From a virus, in the IMG/VR virus record IMGVR_UViG_3300037467_001806, positions 1 through 64,000 of that record: 64,000 bases of DNA, one strand, 5' to 3'. Shown piece by piece: positions 34,400 through 43,331 of this stretch (position 1 is the first letter of the stretch; every line of letters starts with the position of its first letter). The notes under the pieces were generated by a model. That model saw nothing but the letters and a program-made list of their open reading frames with translations, had not been told where the DNA came from and ran no database searches. Position numbers and translations under genes: made by a program.

Positions 34400-34691
34400 G
34401 GTCCTCTCTCCACTGCGGGTCAAGATAAAATGTATAGCCCGTCACTGTATTCTGCCCCTCCCACCGCGGCGCTATTTCACCAAGCCCCTTGACGCAGACA
34501 ATTTCACTGTCTTTTCCACGTGCAGCTAACAGCATAGTGACCTGCGGACGGAAACACGCCGGAACACTGCTCAAATCATCCAGCTCAAGCAGTACATCGC
34601 CGCCGACGTAAGTAATCGGAAGCCCGCTAATCGACTTAGCCCCCGACCACTCTGCGTTAATCCATACGCGGTACTTCTTTGGTTTGCGCAT
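34392..34691 (-). CDS. small protein, paralogue family member
   Basis: YRVWINAEWSG.. with core QVTMLLAARGKDSEIVCVKGLGE. The C-terminal FYLDPQW is shared with the next member. Confidence 0.6.
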   Translation of the reverse strand: MRKPKKYRVWINAEWSGAKSISGLPITYVGGDVLLELDDLSSVPACFRPQVTMLLAARGKDSEIVCVKGLGEIAPRWEGQNTVTGYTFYLDPQWREDHG

Positions 34692-34718
34692 CGCCAGCCC
34701 CCTAGTTAGTAGGTGGTT

Positions 34719-35009
34719 TCATGCGGGCTCTTCCCACTTCGGGTCAAGATAAATGCAAAAGCCATCGGGGACACCATGATGGTTACACGAGTAAAACGCA
34801 CAAACCTGGCCCACGCCGTCTATAACAACGTCTGCCCCTATCTCGCCGCCTGCCGCCGCCAGCAATAGCTGCACTTGCGCTGAGCACTGCGCAGGGATGT
34901 TTGCCATATCAGTGTCGATATAGTCAATGAAGCCACCCCAAGAGGCATAGCCGTAACCGATGTATGCGGACCGGATAGCCCCCGGTATGATGCGTACCGG
35001 GGTAGCCAT
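34719..35009 (-). CDS. small protein, paralogue family member
   Basis: TAATG coupling. Core QVQLLLAAAGGEIGADVVIDGVGQ, C-terminal IYLDPKW. Confidence 0.6.
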   Translation of the reverse strand: MATPVRIIPGAIRSAYIGYGYASWGGFIDYIDTDMANIPAQCSAQVQLLLAAAGGEIGADVVIDGVGQVCAFYSCNHHGVPDGFCIYLDPKWEEPA

Positions 35010-36250
35010 TACCAATCACTCAGTTCAAGGCGCAGGGTCTTGCCTTCCGGCGCCAAGTGCCGGCCCGAGGTCAGCGCCCACAAGGTAGGCACGCCCCAGC
35101 CGTTCTGCCCGCCCCAGGGACCGCAGATATCACCATCGGTCAAGATGACAGCCGCCTGCACCGTGTCACGCATACCGTAGATGTAGTCGGCCACCGGCGA
35201 CACCGTGGTGCCACCCCCGCCGCACTGCTCGAAATTGGTGGCGATTGTGTCCAGCTCGCTATACGGCACAACCTTTTCACTGACAATGCCAACGTCCCAC
35301 TGAATGATGCGCAGCTTGGACGGCTTCACCGTCTTGGCCAATGAAATCAGTTCGGAGAAGAAGCGTTCGCCGTACGACCAGCACGAGCCCGACACATCCA
35401 TGCAAAAGGCAAGCTCGCCCACCAGCTCATCTTCCAGCGACGGGAAGTACATGTCATACGACACCAACCGCTTGTACGGCTTCTTCCACGTGGCTTCCTC
35501 ACCGCCCACGCAGGTAGCCTGCACGAACTCAGCCAGCTCGCGCTTCCAGTCGATCTTGGGCGTGCTCAGTTCGGACAACACGCGGCTGTTGTTGCCGCCC
35601 ATTTTGCCGGCCAGGTATTGACCTTGGCGCAGCGCCCTGTCGATCTCACGCTTCAGGGCGCTGCGTTCTTCGTCGGTCATCGGCACCTCGTTGCCCTCGC
35701 CATCGAGCACATGCACATCCATCGGGCCATCGCCCACGATGACCTTGCCGCCCTGGCCGTTGGCGCCCACGCCGCGCTCTTCCTTGGTGCCGTGTTGTTT
35801 GCACAGATCGTCATAGACTTGCTTGACGCTCCAGCCGCGATACTTCTTGTCGCATAACGGGGGCGCGATGGCTGGCGGCTCGGTAATGCGGCTGTTCGAA
35901 GCCTCTTCGATTTCTTCGATGATGTTGTTCACCACGTGGTCGGCCGCGATGTTGGTCATCATCGGGTCTTCCTTGAAGAGCTTGTCCCACACCGTCATGT
36001 GCGACAAAGCGAAGTGCAGGATTTCGTGCAGGACGACGTACATGAACTGCTTTTCGTTCTGCTGCTCCATGAAGCTACGGCAGAAAAAACGGTTGCCCCG
36101 CACGTCCACCGCGGCAGTCGGACATACCGATGCATCCACCACCTTGCTCGTGCCCATCATGGCCACGCCGGAAAAGGCGCACCACTGCGGGTGCCGCATG
36201 AGCTTGTAGTGCGCCTGGGACAGACGCGTTTCGACAGTTTTCGAAGACAT
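35009..36250 (-). CDS. vWA-domain protein with N-terminal putative metallopeptidase-like region (DUF2201/CobT-like partner of AAA+ ATPase)
   Basis: HEILHFALSH (HExxH) near the N-terminus. The C-terminal half has a vWA/MIDAS-like FCMDVSGSC and a later ILTDGD. Confidence 0.75.
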   Translation of the reverse strand: MSSKTVETRLSQAHYKLMRHPQWCAFSGVAMMGTSKVVDASVCPTAAVDVRGNRFFCRSFMEQQNEKQFMYVVLHEILHFALSHMTVWDKLFKEDPMMTNIAADHVVNNIIEEIEEASNSRITEPPAIAPPLCDKKYRGWSVKQVYDDLCKQHGTKEERGVGANGQGGKVIVGDGPMDVHVLDGEGNEVPMTDEERSALKREIDRALRQGQYLAGKMGGNNSRVLSELSTPKIDWKRELAEFVQATCVGGEEATWKKPYKRLVSYDMYFPSLEDELVGELAFCMDVSGSCWSYGERFFSELISLAKTVKPSKLRIIQWDVGIVSEKVVPYSELDTIATNFEQCGGGGTTVSPVADYIYGMRDTVQAAVILTDGDICGPWGGQNGWGVPTLWALTSGRHLAPEGKTLRLELSDW

Positions 36251-36262
36251 GTGATTCTCCTG

Positions 36263-36781
36263 TTAGCCCAGCAAGTTACGGGCCTGTTCGATATCGGCTT
36301 CGGACATGCCTGACAAGTCCAAGCCTTCCAACGGATCAGGCTTAGCAGGCTCGGCCGGCCCAGCTACACGATCGTGCACCAGCATGACTTCCACATCGCC
36401 ATCCTTCCGGATGTGCGTGGTGACACTGCCGACGCCCCAGGTACGGTTCAGGTAGCCTGAAACCGCCTTCTGCACCGCCTGCGTGGGGTACTTGCCGCGC
36501 GGGACAACCCGCACATCGCCAGCCTGCTGCATGTCCTTGACGAACTCGAAGGTGTACGACGTAATGCCCTTGTGGACTTGCTTGTAGCCGACCATACGGC
36601 CGGAAGCAGAACGCGGCGCGGGCGGCGCCCATTCGCCGCGCTCGATCCCTTCGCCCACGATTTTGTATTCCACCTTGGCCAGCTTCAGCAACTGCTCTGC
36701 CTTGTCAATCAGTTTCAACTTCAACTCCGACGGGGTGGACGCGCCACCCGTCGGAGAAGTGAACAATGTGTTGGTACCCAT
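36263..36781 (-). CDS. hypothetical protein between the AAA+ and vWA genes
   Basis: SD GGAGGG; 172 aa. Confidence 0.65.
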   Translation of the reverse strand: MGTNTLFTSPTGGASTPSELKLKLIDKAEQLLKLAKVEYKIVGEGIERGEWAPPAPRSASGRMVGYKQVHKGITSYTFEFVKDMQQAGDVRVVPRGKYPTQAVQKAVSGYLNRTWGVGSVTTHIRKDGDVEVMLVHDRVAGPAEPAKPDPLEGLDLSGMSEADIEQARNLLG

Positions 36782-36810
36782 CGCTCAACCCTCCGATAAG
36801 AATTTAAAAA

Positions 36811-36827
36811 CCTAACTTGGAAGTTAG
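36811..36827 (-). repeat. leader element variant L5 (perfect palindrome, terminator-like)
   Basis: Minus strand reads CTAACTTCCAAGTTAGG followed by TTTTTAAA. The TAA stop of the AAA+ gene lies inside it. Confidence 0.5.
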
Positions 36828-37888
36828 ACTGTAAAGAAGTGGGACAGGTCTTTCACCTGCTTGACCATGGCCTTGTGGTGCGCAGCCCACGACGACTTGC
36901 TGGGCATGCACAGTATTTTGTTGATAAAGAGCGCCTGCAGTTCCTCGTTGAACTCTTTGCGCGTCACGTACTTCAAGACGTTTTCCAGGGTGTCCTTTTC
37001 CACCCGCATGATGAGGTTGTAGATCAGCAGGATGCGCGCCGTCACATCCTTGGGCACTTCGGCCTTTGCCGGGTCAGCCGTGATTGCCGAGATATGCGGC
37101 AGCTTGTCGTTCATCGCCACGAAAGCCAGCAAATCCGCAGCGGCGGCCGAGCCAACAGTGCCGACCAACGAAGCGTACAGCGTGTTCTCGCTGACCAGTT
37201 CCTTGCACTTCAACTGCGTGCTGACCTTTTCCAAGGAGCGCGGCGTGACGACCTTGTTGCGCGCGATTTTCGGGTGAAAGATGTACTTGTTCTCACCGTG
37301 GGGGTCGTCGTGGTACGACTTCAACACGTCCGGGTATTGATCCACAAACGCCATCACCGTGGGCTCGATGCTGTTCTCCGCGGCCCAGGCCAGCCATTCA
37401 TCCGGGGTCGGCTTGCGCATGTTGAACAGCACGAAACGATCGGTCTGGTGCGGCAGAATCTTGTCGCCCAGCCCTTCGTCGGGCATGTTGCCCGTAGCGA
37501 TGACGATGCTGTCCGGGTGCAGCTTGGTCGAACCCAAGCGCCGGTCTTCGATCACGGGCAGCAGCATGTTCTGCGCTTCGCGTGAGCCCTTGGTGAACTC
37601 ATCGATCACGAGCACGACAGGCCGGCTGGTATGCAGCTTGAAAACTTCGTTCGGGAAGTACTCGGTGCAGCGGCGCTCACGGTCAATCACCGGCATCGAA
37701 GTGTCGCCCAGGGACATATTGGCGCAATCGATGTAGGTGTAATCCATGTTCAGCTTGGCGCCAATCGTGCGGCCCACTGCGGTCTTGCCGATGCCCATTT
37801 CCCCACCGATCATCGCGGTCAACTTGGTGCCGTTGGCCACAATCCAGCTCACCATTTCGTCGTGATTCACGAAGAGTTTGTCGCTCAT
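36824..37888 (-). CDS. AAA+ ATPase, MoxR/CobS-like
   Basis: Walker A GGEMGIGKT, Walker B VLVIDEF, then REAQNMLLPVIEDRRL. Confidence 0.8.
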   Translation of the reverse strand: MSDKLFVNHDEMVSWIVANGTKLTAMIGGEMGIGKTAVGRTIGAKLNMDYTYIDCANMSLGDTSMPVIDRERRCTEYFPNEVFKLHTSRPVVLVIDEFTKGSREAQNMLLPVIEDRRLGSTKLHPDSIVIATGNMPDEGLGDKILPHQTDRFVLFNMRKPTPDEWLAWAAENSIEPTVMAFVDQYPDVLKSYHDDPHGENKYIFHPKIARNKVVTPRSLEKVSTQLKCKELVSENTLYASLVGTVGSAAAADLLAFVAMNDKLPHISAITADPAKAEVPKDVTARILLIYNLIMRVEKDTLENVLKYVTRKEFNEELQALFINKILCMPSKSSWAAHHKAMVKQVKDLSHFFTV

Positions 37889-37894
37889 TTTAAT

Positions 37895-37912
37895 TCCTCA
37901 CTTTCAAGTTAG
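37895..37912 (-). repeat. conserved leader element copy L6
   Basis: Minus strand reads CTAACTTGAAAGTGAGGA, followed by ATTAAA-ATG. Confidence 0.7.
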
Positions 37913-37961
37913 GTTATTGCTTAAACGCTGCGTTGGCCCTATGCCAATCACAGTAACTACA

Positions 37962-37990
37962 ATTATACAGGTGATACTTGTCGTTGTCAA
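37962..37990 (-). promoter_or_regulatory. sigma70-type promoter P3
   Basis: Minus strand reads TTGACAACGACAAG..; TTGACA-17 nt-TATAAT. Confidence 0.65.
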
Positions 37991-38004
37991 GTGTAAATAC
38001 TTTG

Positions 38005-38226
38005 TTACCCCCGCCTTGACAGTGGCATGAACTTCAACACTTCCGTTTCGGTCCCTCCTATGGTCCGGTACATGGCGTAAATATGTGAGTACTGCCAAGC
38101 CAACTCTTCGATCTGTGCAGGCGTCGCTTGTACCCAGCCTTCTGCGCTGCGCGGCAGGCGTTCTACCCGTCGTTCCATCTGCCGCATTTCACGCAGTAGT
38201 ATTGCCTTGGCTATCTTCTTCAACAT
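38005..38226 (-). CDS. hypothetical small protein
   Basis: ATG at 38226 after GGAGAGGAACC (MLKKIAKAILLREMRQMERR..). Confidence 0.5.
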   Translation of the reverse strand: MLKKIAKAILLREMRQMERRVERLPRSAEGWVQATPAQIEELAWQYSHIYAMYRTIGGTETEVLKFMPLSRRG

Positions 38227-38518
38227 GGTTCCTCTCCAGTGCATTTGAAACTCCTTCGTCCAGCGTTACCCCTTCTAAAAACGTTTCCATTATGTAGTAC
38301 TCCCTGTACCCCTCCCACTTCCGGATGCGCCCCATGCCCGGAATTTGGTAGTCGACAAGGGACCGGGGATATGATGCCCACATTTCGTGCAGTGCTTCGT
38401 CGAGGGTTGCATCCATCAAGAGCATGGCAATTGCTTCCCGCGCAGATGCCTCATACTTCGGCTTAAAATAAAAGCCGCTGTACCTGTTGTGCCAAATACA
38501 GTAAATGTCGGACATCAT
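38189..38518 (-). CDS. small protein, divergent paralogue family member
   Basis: ATGA coupling at 38518. Core AIAMLLMDATLDE....VDYQIPGMGR. Confidence 0.5.
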   Translation of the reverse strand: MMSDIYCIWHNRYSGFYFKPKYEASAREAIAMLLMDATLDEALHEMWASYPRSLVDYQIPGMGRIRKWEGYREYYIMETFLEGVTLDEGVSNALERNHVEEDSQGNTTA

Positions 38519-38859
38519 TCCTCCGGCACTACAATCGTGATGGCTGTCTGCGCCCAGCACGTAGACCCGGCGTGCTTATTGGCCTCTTCGATACTTTCGT
38601 GCGCGTGCGTCTCCCAAAAGCCGTCGATGTTCTTGTAGACGTTGATGTGCAGCGTCACGCGCGTCATGGCCTGCACAGCGTCAAACTGACCGTGGTTATG
38701 CCCGCCAACAGCGGTGCCGCTATCTGCATACCACTTGTAAAGCGTGTTGCCAGGTTCGATGTAGCCGTAGGCGAACTGACTGTCACGCGTTTGGTCCGGG
38801 CGCAGCACCAGCGTAATCGGGCTCCCGCCCTTGGTTCTCACTTTCTTGGTCCAGTCCAT
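38515..38859 (-). CDS. hypothetical protein
   Basis: 114-aa ORF with a single ATG; overlaps the 3' end of the upstream ORF by 77 nt. Confidence 0.55.
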   Translation of the reverse strand: MDWTKKVRTKGGSPITLVLRPDQTRDSQFAYGYIEPGNTLYKWYADSGTAVGGHNHGQFDAVQAMTRVTLHINVYKNIDGFWETHAHESIEEANKHAGSTCWAQTAITIVVPEE

Positions 38860-39112
38860 CTGCTTTCTCCATGATTGGTCCTAACAAGGCAACCACTACG
38901 TTTTCGTCAAACCGAACGGACAAATATTGACCGTGGTTCCATAATCTCCCCACCCCTGTAATACGAACAACAGGTGGGTACACTCCCTCGCCAGTGCCAT
39001 CCCATGCGGCCAACAGCATCGATACATAGGGTTTGGCATTGTCAGGCAGTTGCTCAAACGGGACGCCCCAAGGCCATTGTGAAATGCTCCAATTGGATAG
39101 GCGAATGTTCAT
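38783..39112 (-). CDS. small protein, paralogue family member
   Basis: Core YVSMLLAAWDGTGEGVYPPVVRITGVGR. The 3' end may be shorter than the ORF. Confidence 0.55.
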   Translation of the reverse strand: MNIRLSNWSISQWPWGVPFEQLPDNAKPYVSMLLAAWDGTGEGVYPPVVRITGVGRLWNHGQYLSVRFDENVVVALLGPIMEKADGLDQESENQGREPDYAGAAPGPNA

Positions 39113-39372
39113 AGGTCTGACTCCGGCTTACTCCTTACTGGCAGTGTCAAATATTCTTTGTTGGAGCCTATCCGACGGCACAGTGACCCCACGCCTTTGA
39201 TCGAACCGACTTCCCAAAACTCGGTGTACGGCCGCATAGCCGCGCGCAACAGTTCGATCTGAGTAGTGCATTCATATGGAGGCGTGTCTGTAGAGTCCAT
39301 ACCGTCCATGTCGTGGTACAGCCCGTCTTCCTCGTCCCATTTGTCGCTGATGTTGTACTTGATAGTACTCAT
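39109..39372 (-). CDS. small protein, paralogue family member
   Basis: Core QIELLRAAMRPYTEFWEVGSIKGVGS; ATGA coupling. Confidence 0.6.
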   Translation of the reverse strand: MSTIKYNISDKWDEEDGLYHDMDGMDSTDTPPYECTTQIELLRAAMRPYTEFWEVGSIKGVGSLCRRIGSNKEYLTLPVRSKPESDL

Positions 39373-39560
39373 AGCCCCAGCCCCGCCAAAAACGCAGCCT
39401 CTTCCTCGCTGCTGTCGTCCACACCCACGACGGTGAAGCTAACCAGTTCTTTTGGCATAGCCGTGTGCACGCCGAGCAGCAATGCGTGCACTTTCATTTC
39501 AGCCTGGCTATCGCTCGTGGCTTGAACATCCATCGTCACCAACACTTTCATCGTCTTCAT
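39369..39560 (-). CDS. hypothetical small acidic protein
   Basis: ATG at 39560 after AAGGAAAATC (MKTMKVLVTMDV..). Confidence 0.45.
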   Translation of the reverse strand: MKTMKVLVTMDVQATSDSQAEMKVHALLLGVHTAMPKELVSFTVVGVDDSSEEEAAFLAGLGL

Positions 39561-39825
39561 GATTTTCCTTATCCAGCCATTCTTGACTGATGTGGTAAGT
39601 AACTTCGGTGAGGAATTTATGCACGTGCATCGCCCCCACACCTTCTATTTCCGCACTTGCGACAAGCTTATCATTCCAAGGTTCTCCCTTGGCAGCGTTA
39701 AGCAAGTCCATGGCATCTTGTATGTGCGGCGTGATAGCACCATCTAATGGCGAACCGACGTCGTGCCCAAATGTGCCATCTACCCATCGCATCCATCGGC
39801 ACCCGATATAGACCTGCGCGCACAT
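39508..39825 (-). CDS. small protein, paralogue family member
   Basis: Leader copy L7 upstream. Core AMDLLNAAKGEPWNDKLVASAEIEGVGA. Confidence 0.55.
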   Translation of the reverse strand: MCAQVYIGCRWMRWVDGTFGHDVGSPLDGAITPHIQDAMDLLNAAKGEPWNDKLVASAEIEGVGAMHVHKFLTEVTYHISQEWLDKENHEDDESVGDDGCSSHER

Positions 39826-39829
39826 GACA

Positions 39830-39847
39830 TCCTCACTTTCACGTTAG
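39830..39847 (-). repeat. conserved leader element copy L7
   Basis: Minus strand reads CTAACGTGAAAGTGAGGA, followed by TGTC-ATG. The TAA of the upstream peptidase gene is the TAA inside CTAAC. Confidence 0.7.
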
Positions 39848-40959
39848 AAGTTACACACTTCATCGAACATGTCCGCCAACAGATCGTCGGCGTCGATGTA
39901 CTCCGACATGGCGGCCAGCCCGATGTACTTGTCACACAGATCAGGCGTGATCTTGTTGGCGTTTATGAGCCGCGTCGCCTGATCCGAGTCGTCCGGCATT
40001 ATAGCCTGCGCCATGGCAGTGACAAGTGACGATACGGAGCCTTCGATCGCCGAATCAAGGCAATCCAGCACGTAGTTCATGTCGTCATCGTCAAGACAAC
40101 CGCCCGTGGTCGACGTCTTCCAGCCACTTGGCATAGAGAACACTTCCACATCCTTCGGGTCACGCACGACCGGCAAGGCTTCCCAGTCAAGCGTTGCCGC
40201 GGCCTGCGCCAGCGTAACGTAGTGATGAAGGTTCAGCTTCTCACGGTCGGTATGCTCCTTGTCATACCCCACGCTGATGTTGGTGCACTCGGGGATGAAG
40301 TCGACGAACTCCGCCGTGTCGGTGTAAATCCCCGAGTCATCAGGTGAATACATGAACCACTCATCCTGCTTGTTGAGCGCACCAGCCAGCGCGTTAGCGA
40401 AACTGTCGGAACAGCAGCGCCCCCAGCCCTGATGGGAAATGATGCTGTCCATCGCACGCCGGTCAAACGCAATGGCCCGGTCAAACTGCAGCAGCAAGTC
40501 ACCATGCCGGTCCGCCAGATAGCGCGCACCGATGCCACCCTTCTCTTCACCCTGGGTGAAGATGTAGTAGCCACGCACCTCTGCGTGCAGCAGGTGCATG
40601 AGCATCGCCACGCCGGCGCCGTCATCAGCGCCAAGCACATCGCCGCAGGCTTCCCAGTGCGTGCGGGTCTTGCGAACGCGGTTATACCCTTCCAGCCGGT
40701 GCACAGTGTCCACATGGGCCACGAACAGGGTGCGGCTGCCTTCGCCGCGCGCGTCCACGTGCAGGTTGCCGACGGAATCGCGCCACGCCTTTTGACCAGT
40801 TCTTATTACCGCCGGCAGCATATCCATCAGCCACGACGTAAACTTGGCCGTGCTCTTGGTGCCATGCGGCCGCTTGGTCGACAAGGCGCGTTGCAATACC
40901 TTGTACAAGATACTGCTGGTGTGCAGGCGTGCGACAGGGGCGATATCAAACGTGCTCAT
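39844..40959 (-). CDS. zinc metallopeptidase-like protein (M28/M20/M42-type co-catalytic site pattern)
   Basis: FVAHVDTVH, LGADDGAGVAMLMH and FTQGEEKGGIGARY match the H-x-D / D / EE ligand order of aminopeptidase-type enzymes. Confidence 0.65.
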   Translation of the reverse strand: MSTFDIAPVARLHTSSILYKVLQRALSTKRPHGTKSTAKFTSWLMDMLPAVIRTGQKAWRDSVGNLHVDARGEGSRTLFVAHVDTVHRLEGYNRVRKTRTHWEACGDVLGADDGAGVAMLMHLLHAEVRGYYIFTQGEEKGGIGARYLADRHGDLLLQFDRAIAFDRRAMDSIISHQGWGRCCSDSFANALAGALNKQDEWFMYSPDDSGIYTDTAEFVDFIPECTNISVGYDKEHTDREKLNLHHYVTLAQAAATLDWEALPVVRDPKDVEVFSMPSGWKTSTTGGCLDDDDMNYVLDCLDSAIEGSVSSLVTAMAQAIMPDDSDQATRLINANKITPDLCDKYIGLAAMSEYIDADDLLADMFDEVCNF

Positions 40960-42331
40960 GGCGTTCTTCCTCGGTCAGTTGTTCAGGGTGCACGGTTTCC
41001 GAACCGATGAAGACGGGCTCGACAGTATCGCAGTGATGCGGGAGTCCAGTGCGCGAACACACCCACAGTCCAGGGTCGTCATCGTGATACCACCCAATGT
41101 TCTCAACATATGTGCAGTATCGGCGCAGCCGATACTCTTCATCAACGCAGCGCACCACACGATCGTCATCTTCCAGATACCACTCACCCTTAACGTATAC
41201 GCAATCGTCTTGACGCTGGTAGTCGCCATCCACATCACACACGATGTTGTTGTCGTAAAGGTAGTTTTCGTCATACGGCGTATCGTTTACAGTCACTACG
41301 TAATTTTCGTGGACGTAGTACATTTCACCCCCTCTGCCATATACATGGTGGTAATACTCATCGAAGCATTCTTCACAGGCAGAAGAAGAGTCGTGCCCCA
41401 CGCAATGCATGTCGCATTCATCGTAGTACACGCTGCAGCATTCGCACGCCATGCGGCCCCCGCGCGACGCGACGCCGTCGGTCACTTCAAAGTCATACTC
41501 ACCGCCGTAATCCACAACCAGCGTGCTGGCGTTAACTTCGGTCACCTGCCGGCACTCACCGTCTAGGTACGCCGCAAGCACGCGGTTGCCAACCTGATAG
41601 CGGCGCAGCCTGCGTCCTTCCCAGCTCTCGGCTTTCGTGTAGCCCCGTGCTTGCAGCCACGCTTCCAACTTCTCGTCGGAGTAGGAGTAGCCACCATCGT
41701 GGTCGCGCTTGAAACTGCGCACGAATATATCGACGTCGCCATCACTGTTTATCAATGCGCGGCCGTCGATACGCCCCTCGACCAGCCGCACAGCCACGCC
41801 CCACCCCAGCGCCGGGTCATACACGCAGTACGGGTGGCGCCGCACGTTGTCGTCGCACGTGACATATACGTCATAACTTGACATGCAGGAGTGCGGCCCC
41901 TCGTGCGCAGCCTGGACAAGCTCAGCCACATCGCGGCGTATTTCCATCCTGTCTTCGTGGATCGTATGCAGCGCCACCAAGTCGCGGATGGTGTGGTCAG
42001 TCATGCCCGAGAAATGCCGGCGCAGATACTTGCCAATGGTGGTGCGCGTCTGTTTGTTGCGCTCACCATCCTGCTCGTTACGGGTATAGGCCAGCATCCC
42101 TTTCACTTCAACAGAAGCATGCGGCCACTCCATGGCCAGCAGGGCAGCATCATCCGGCACAAAACCTTTGTTCATTGCGTCGTACACGGCACGATGAAAC
42201 GAATGCTCGTTCGTCGTGCGGGCGTACCACTCCCGGCTTGTAGCCATGGCACCAGCTACTTTGCACACACGCTGGTAGGGCGTGGCGTGCTCATTCACGT
42301 CAATTTCAACGGCTTTAAATTGGCTGTTCAT
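40946..42331 (-). CDS. hypothetical 461-aa protein with Cys/Asp/Tyr-rich C-terminal domain
   Basis: True ATG at 42331 after leader copy L8a; the track start is the GTG at 42379. C-terminus CECCSVYYDECDMHCVGHD..CEECFDEYYHH.. Confidence 0.65.
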   Translation of the reverse strand: MNSQFKAVEIDVNEHATPYQRVCKVAGAMATSREWYARTTNEHSFHRAVYDAMNKGFVPDDAALLAMEWPHASVEVKGMLAYTRNEQDGERNKQTRTTIGKYLRRHFSGMTDHTIRDLVALHTIHEDRMEIRRDVAELVQAAHEGPHSCMSSYDVYVTCDDNVRRHPYCVYDPALGWGVAVRLVEGRIDGRALINSDGDVDIFVRSFKRDHDGGYSYSDEKLEAWLQARGYTKAESWEGRRLRRYQVGNRVLAAYLDGECRQVTEVNASTLVVDYGGEYDFEVTDGVASRGGRMACECCSVYYDECDMHCVGHDSSSACEECFDEYYHHVYGRGGEMYYVHENYVVTVNDTPYDENYLYDNNIVCDVDGDYQRQDDCVYVKGEWYLEDDDRVVRCVDEEYRLRRYCTYVENIGWYHDDDPGLWVCSRTGLPHHCDTVEPVFIGSETVHPEQLTEEERHEHV

Positions 42332-42335
42332 AAAG

Positions 42336-42352
42336 TCCTCACTTTCAGTTGG
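42336..42352 (-). repeat. leader element copy L8a
   Basis: Minus strand reads CCAACTGAAAGTGAGGA, followed by CTTT-ATG. Confidence 0.6.
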
Positions 42353-42373
42353 CCAAAAAGGTACTGCTAAAAA

Positions 42374-42390
42374 TCTCACTTAGAAGTTAG
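42374..42390 (-). repeat. leader element copy L8b (inside the 3' end of the upstream gene)
   Basis: Minus strand reads CTAACTTCTAAGTGAGA. The upstream TGA stop is the TGA of AAGTGAG. Confidence 0.55.
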
Positions 42391-42687
42391 TTTCTCCATC
42401 TGCTCCCTTGGCAGTCGGTACGCTTGATGCGCGTATCTCAGGCCAGAGCTCATTAAGGTGGACGCCCCGTAGCCGGGTATATAGGCAGATAGCTTTCCCC
42501 CCTCACAATCGGCCTCCAGGGCGGCATCGAGCATCAGCATGCGCTCCCACACCACGATGGGTAGAGGTTGCCCATCGGTGTACCGTATTTCTAGAGAACC
42601 CAACCCCTTAACGGGGAACTTGGTAGGCGTGTCGTTGCGTTCTTCCGCGTCGACGTAGAAGACTGTCCATGAATCACAGAGCGGCAT
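42376..42687 (-). CDS. small protein, paralogue family member
   Basis: Core RMLMLDAALEADCEGGKLSAYIPGYGA. Confidence 0.55.
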   Translation of the reverse strand: MPLCDSWTVFYVDAEERNDTPTKFPVKGLGSLEIRYTDGQPLPIVVWERMLMLDAALEADCEGGKLSAYIPGYGASTLMSSGLRYAHQAYRLPREQMEKLTSK

Positions 42688-42688
42688 A

Positions 42689-42961
42689 TCAATCTCCCGC
42701 GTTTTTCGCCGGTACCCATAACTGTTCTTCGCGCAGGGTATCGTCGTCGTTGAAGTAGACGCGATACTCGCCCACCCCTTCTATGATGGCAACCGCACAG
42801 CCGCCATCATCGTCGTATCCATCCATCGCCGCGCGCAGGATGTTGACCGTGTCCACGTATCGCTTGGGCATGGTCTTGTAAAGGCACTTGGTAGTGTCAC
42901 GACTATACAAATACTCAATGCCTGACCATTCCGCGTTAGTGATTACCAAAAACTTAGCCAT
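42689..42961 (-). CDS. small protein, paralogue family member
   Basis: KFLVITNAEWSG.. with core TVNILRAAMDGYDDDGGCAVAIIEGVGE. Confidence 0.6.
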   Translation of the reverse strand: MAKFLVITNAEWSGIEYLYSRDTTKCLYKTMPKRYVDTVNILRAAMDGYDDDGGCAVAIIEGVGEYRVYFNDDDTLREEQLWVPAKNAGD

Positions 42962-43238
42962 CGCTCTTGCTCACCTCCGGTACCCACAACCAGCCCTGGA
43001 CCCAATTACCATAGGCGGCCTCGCTTATGATCGCGTCGCCGTCAATCTCAATTCCGACCGCCTCGTACAACTGCCTAGCGCGTTCGATCAGTGCTGCATC
43101 GGCCGGCGTAAAGTACGCGCCCTTAACGGCAGGATGCTCTTCAAGGATGCTCTTCACCAGCACACCGGCCACGTTCCTATCTTCTTCGGTCATCCTGACC
43201 GTGACACTGAGCTTCACCGTCACCACCTGCTCGTCCAT
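42954..43238 (-). CDS. hypothetical small protein
   Basis: Leader copy L9 upstream. First gene after the P2/terminator region. Confidence 0.6.
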   Translation of the reverse strand: MDEQVVTVKLSVTVRMTEEDRNVAGVLVKSILEEHPAVKGAYFTPADAALIERARQLYEAVGIEIDGDAIISEAAYGNWVQGWLWVPEVSKSDG

Positions 43239-43242
43239 AGAA

Positions 43243-43260
43243 TCCTCACTTTCACGTTAG
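43243..43260 (-). repeat. conserved leader element copy L9
   Basis: Minus strand reads CTAACGTGAAAGTGAGGA (identical to L7), followed by TTCT-ATG. Confidence 0.7.
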
Positions 43261-43272
43261 TTCGCCTGTAAA

Positions 43273-43286
43273 GAAGTACGTACTTC
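43273..43286. promoter_or_regulatory. perfect 14-bp palindrome (operator or second hairpin)
   Basis: GAAGTACGTACTTC, flanked by TTT on both sides, between the terminator and leader L9. Confidence 0.4.
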
Positions 43287-43293
43287 AAACCGC

Positions 43294-43319
43294 AAATAAA
43301 AAATCGGGACGCATCCCGA
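43294..43319 (-). terminator. intrinsic terminator immediately downstream of promoter P2
   Basis: Minus strand reads TCGGGA-TGCG-TCCCGA followed by TTTTTTATTT. Confidence 0.6.
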
Positions 43320-43331
43320 CTCAGAACCACC

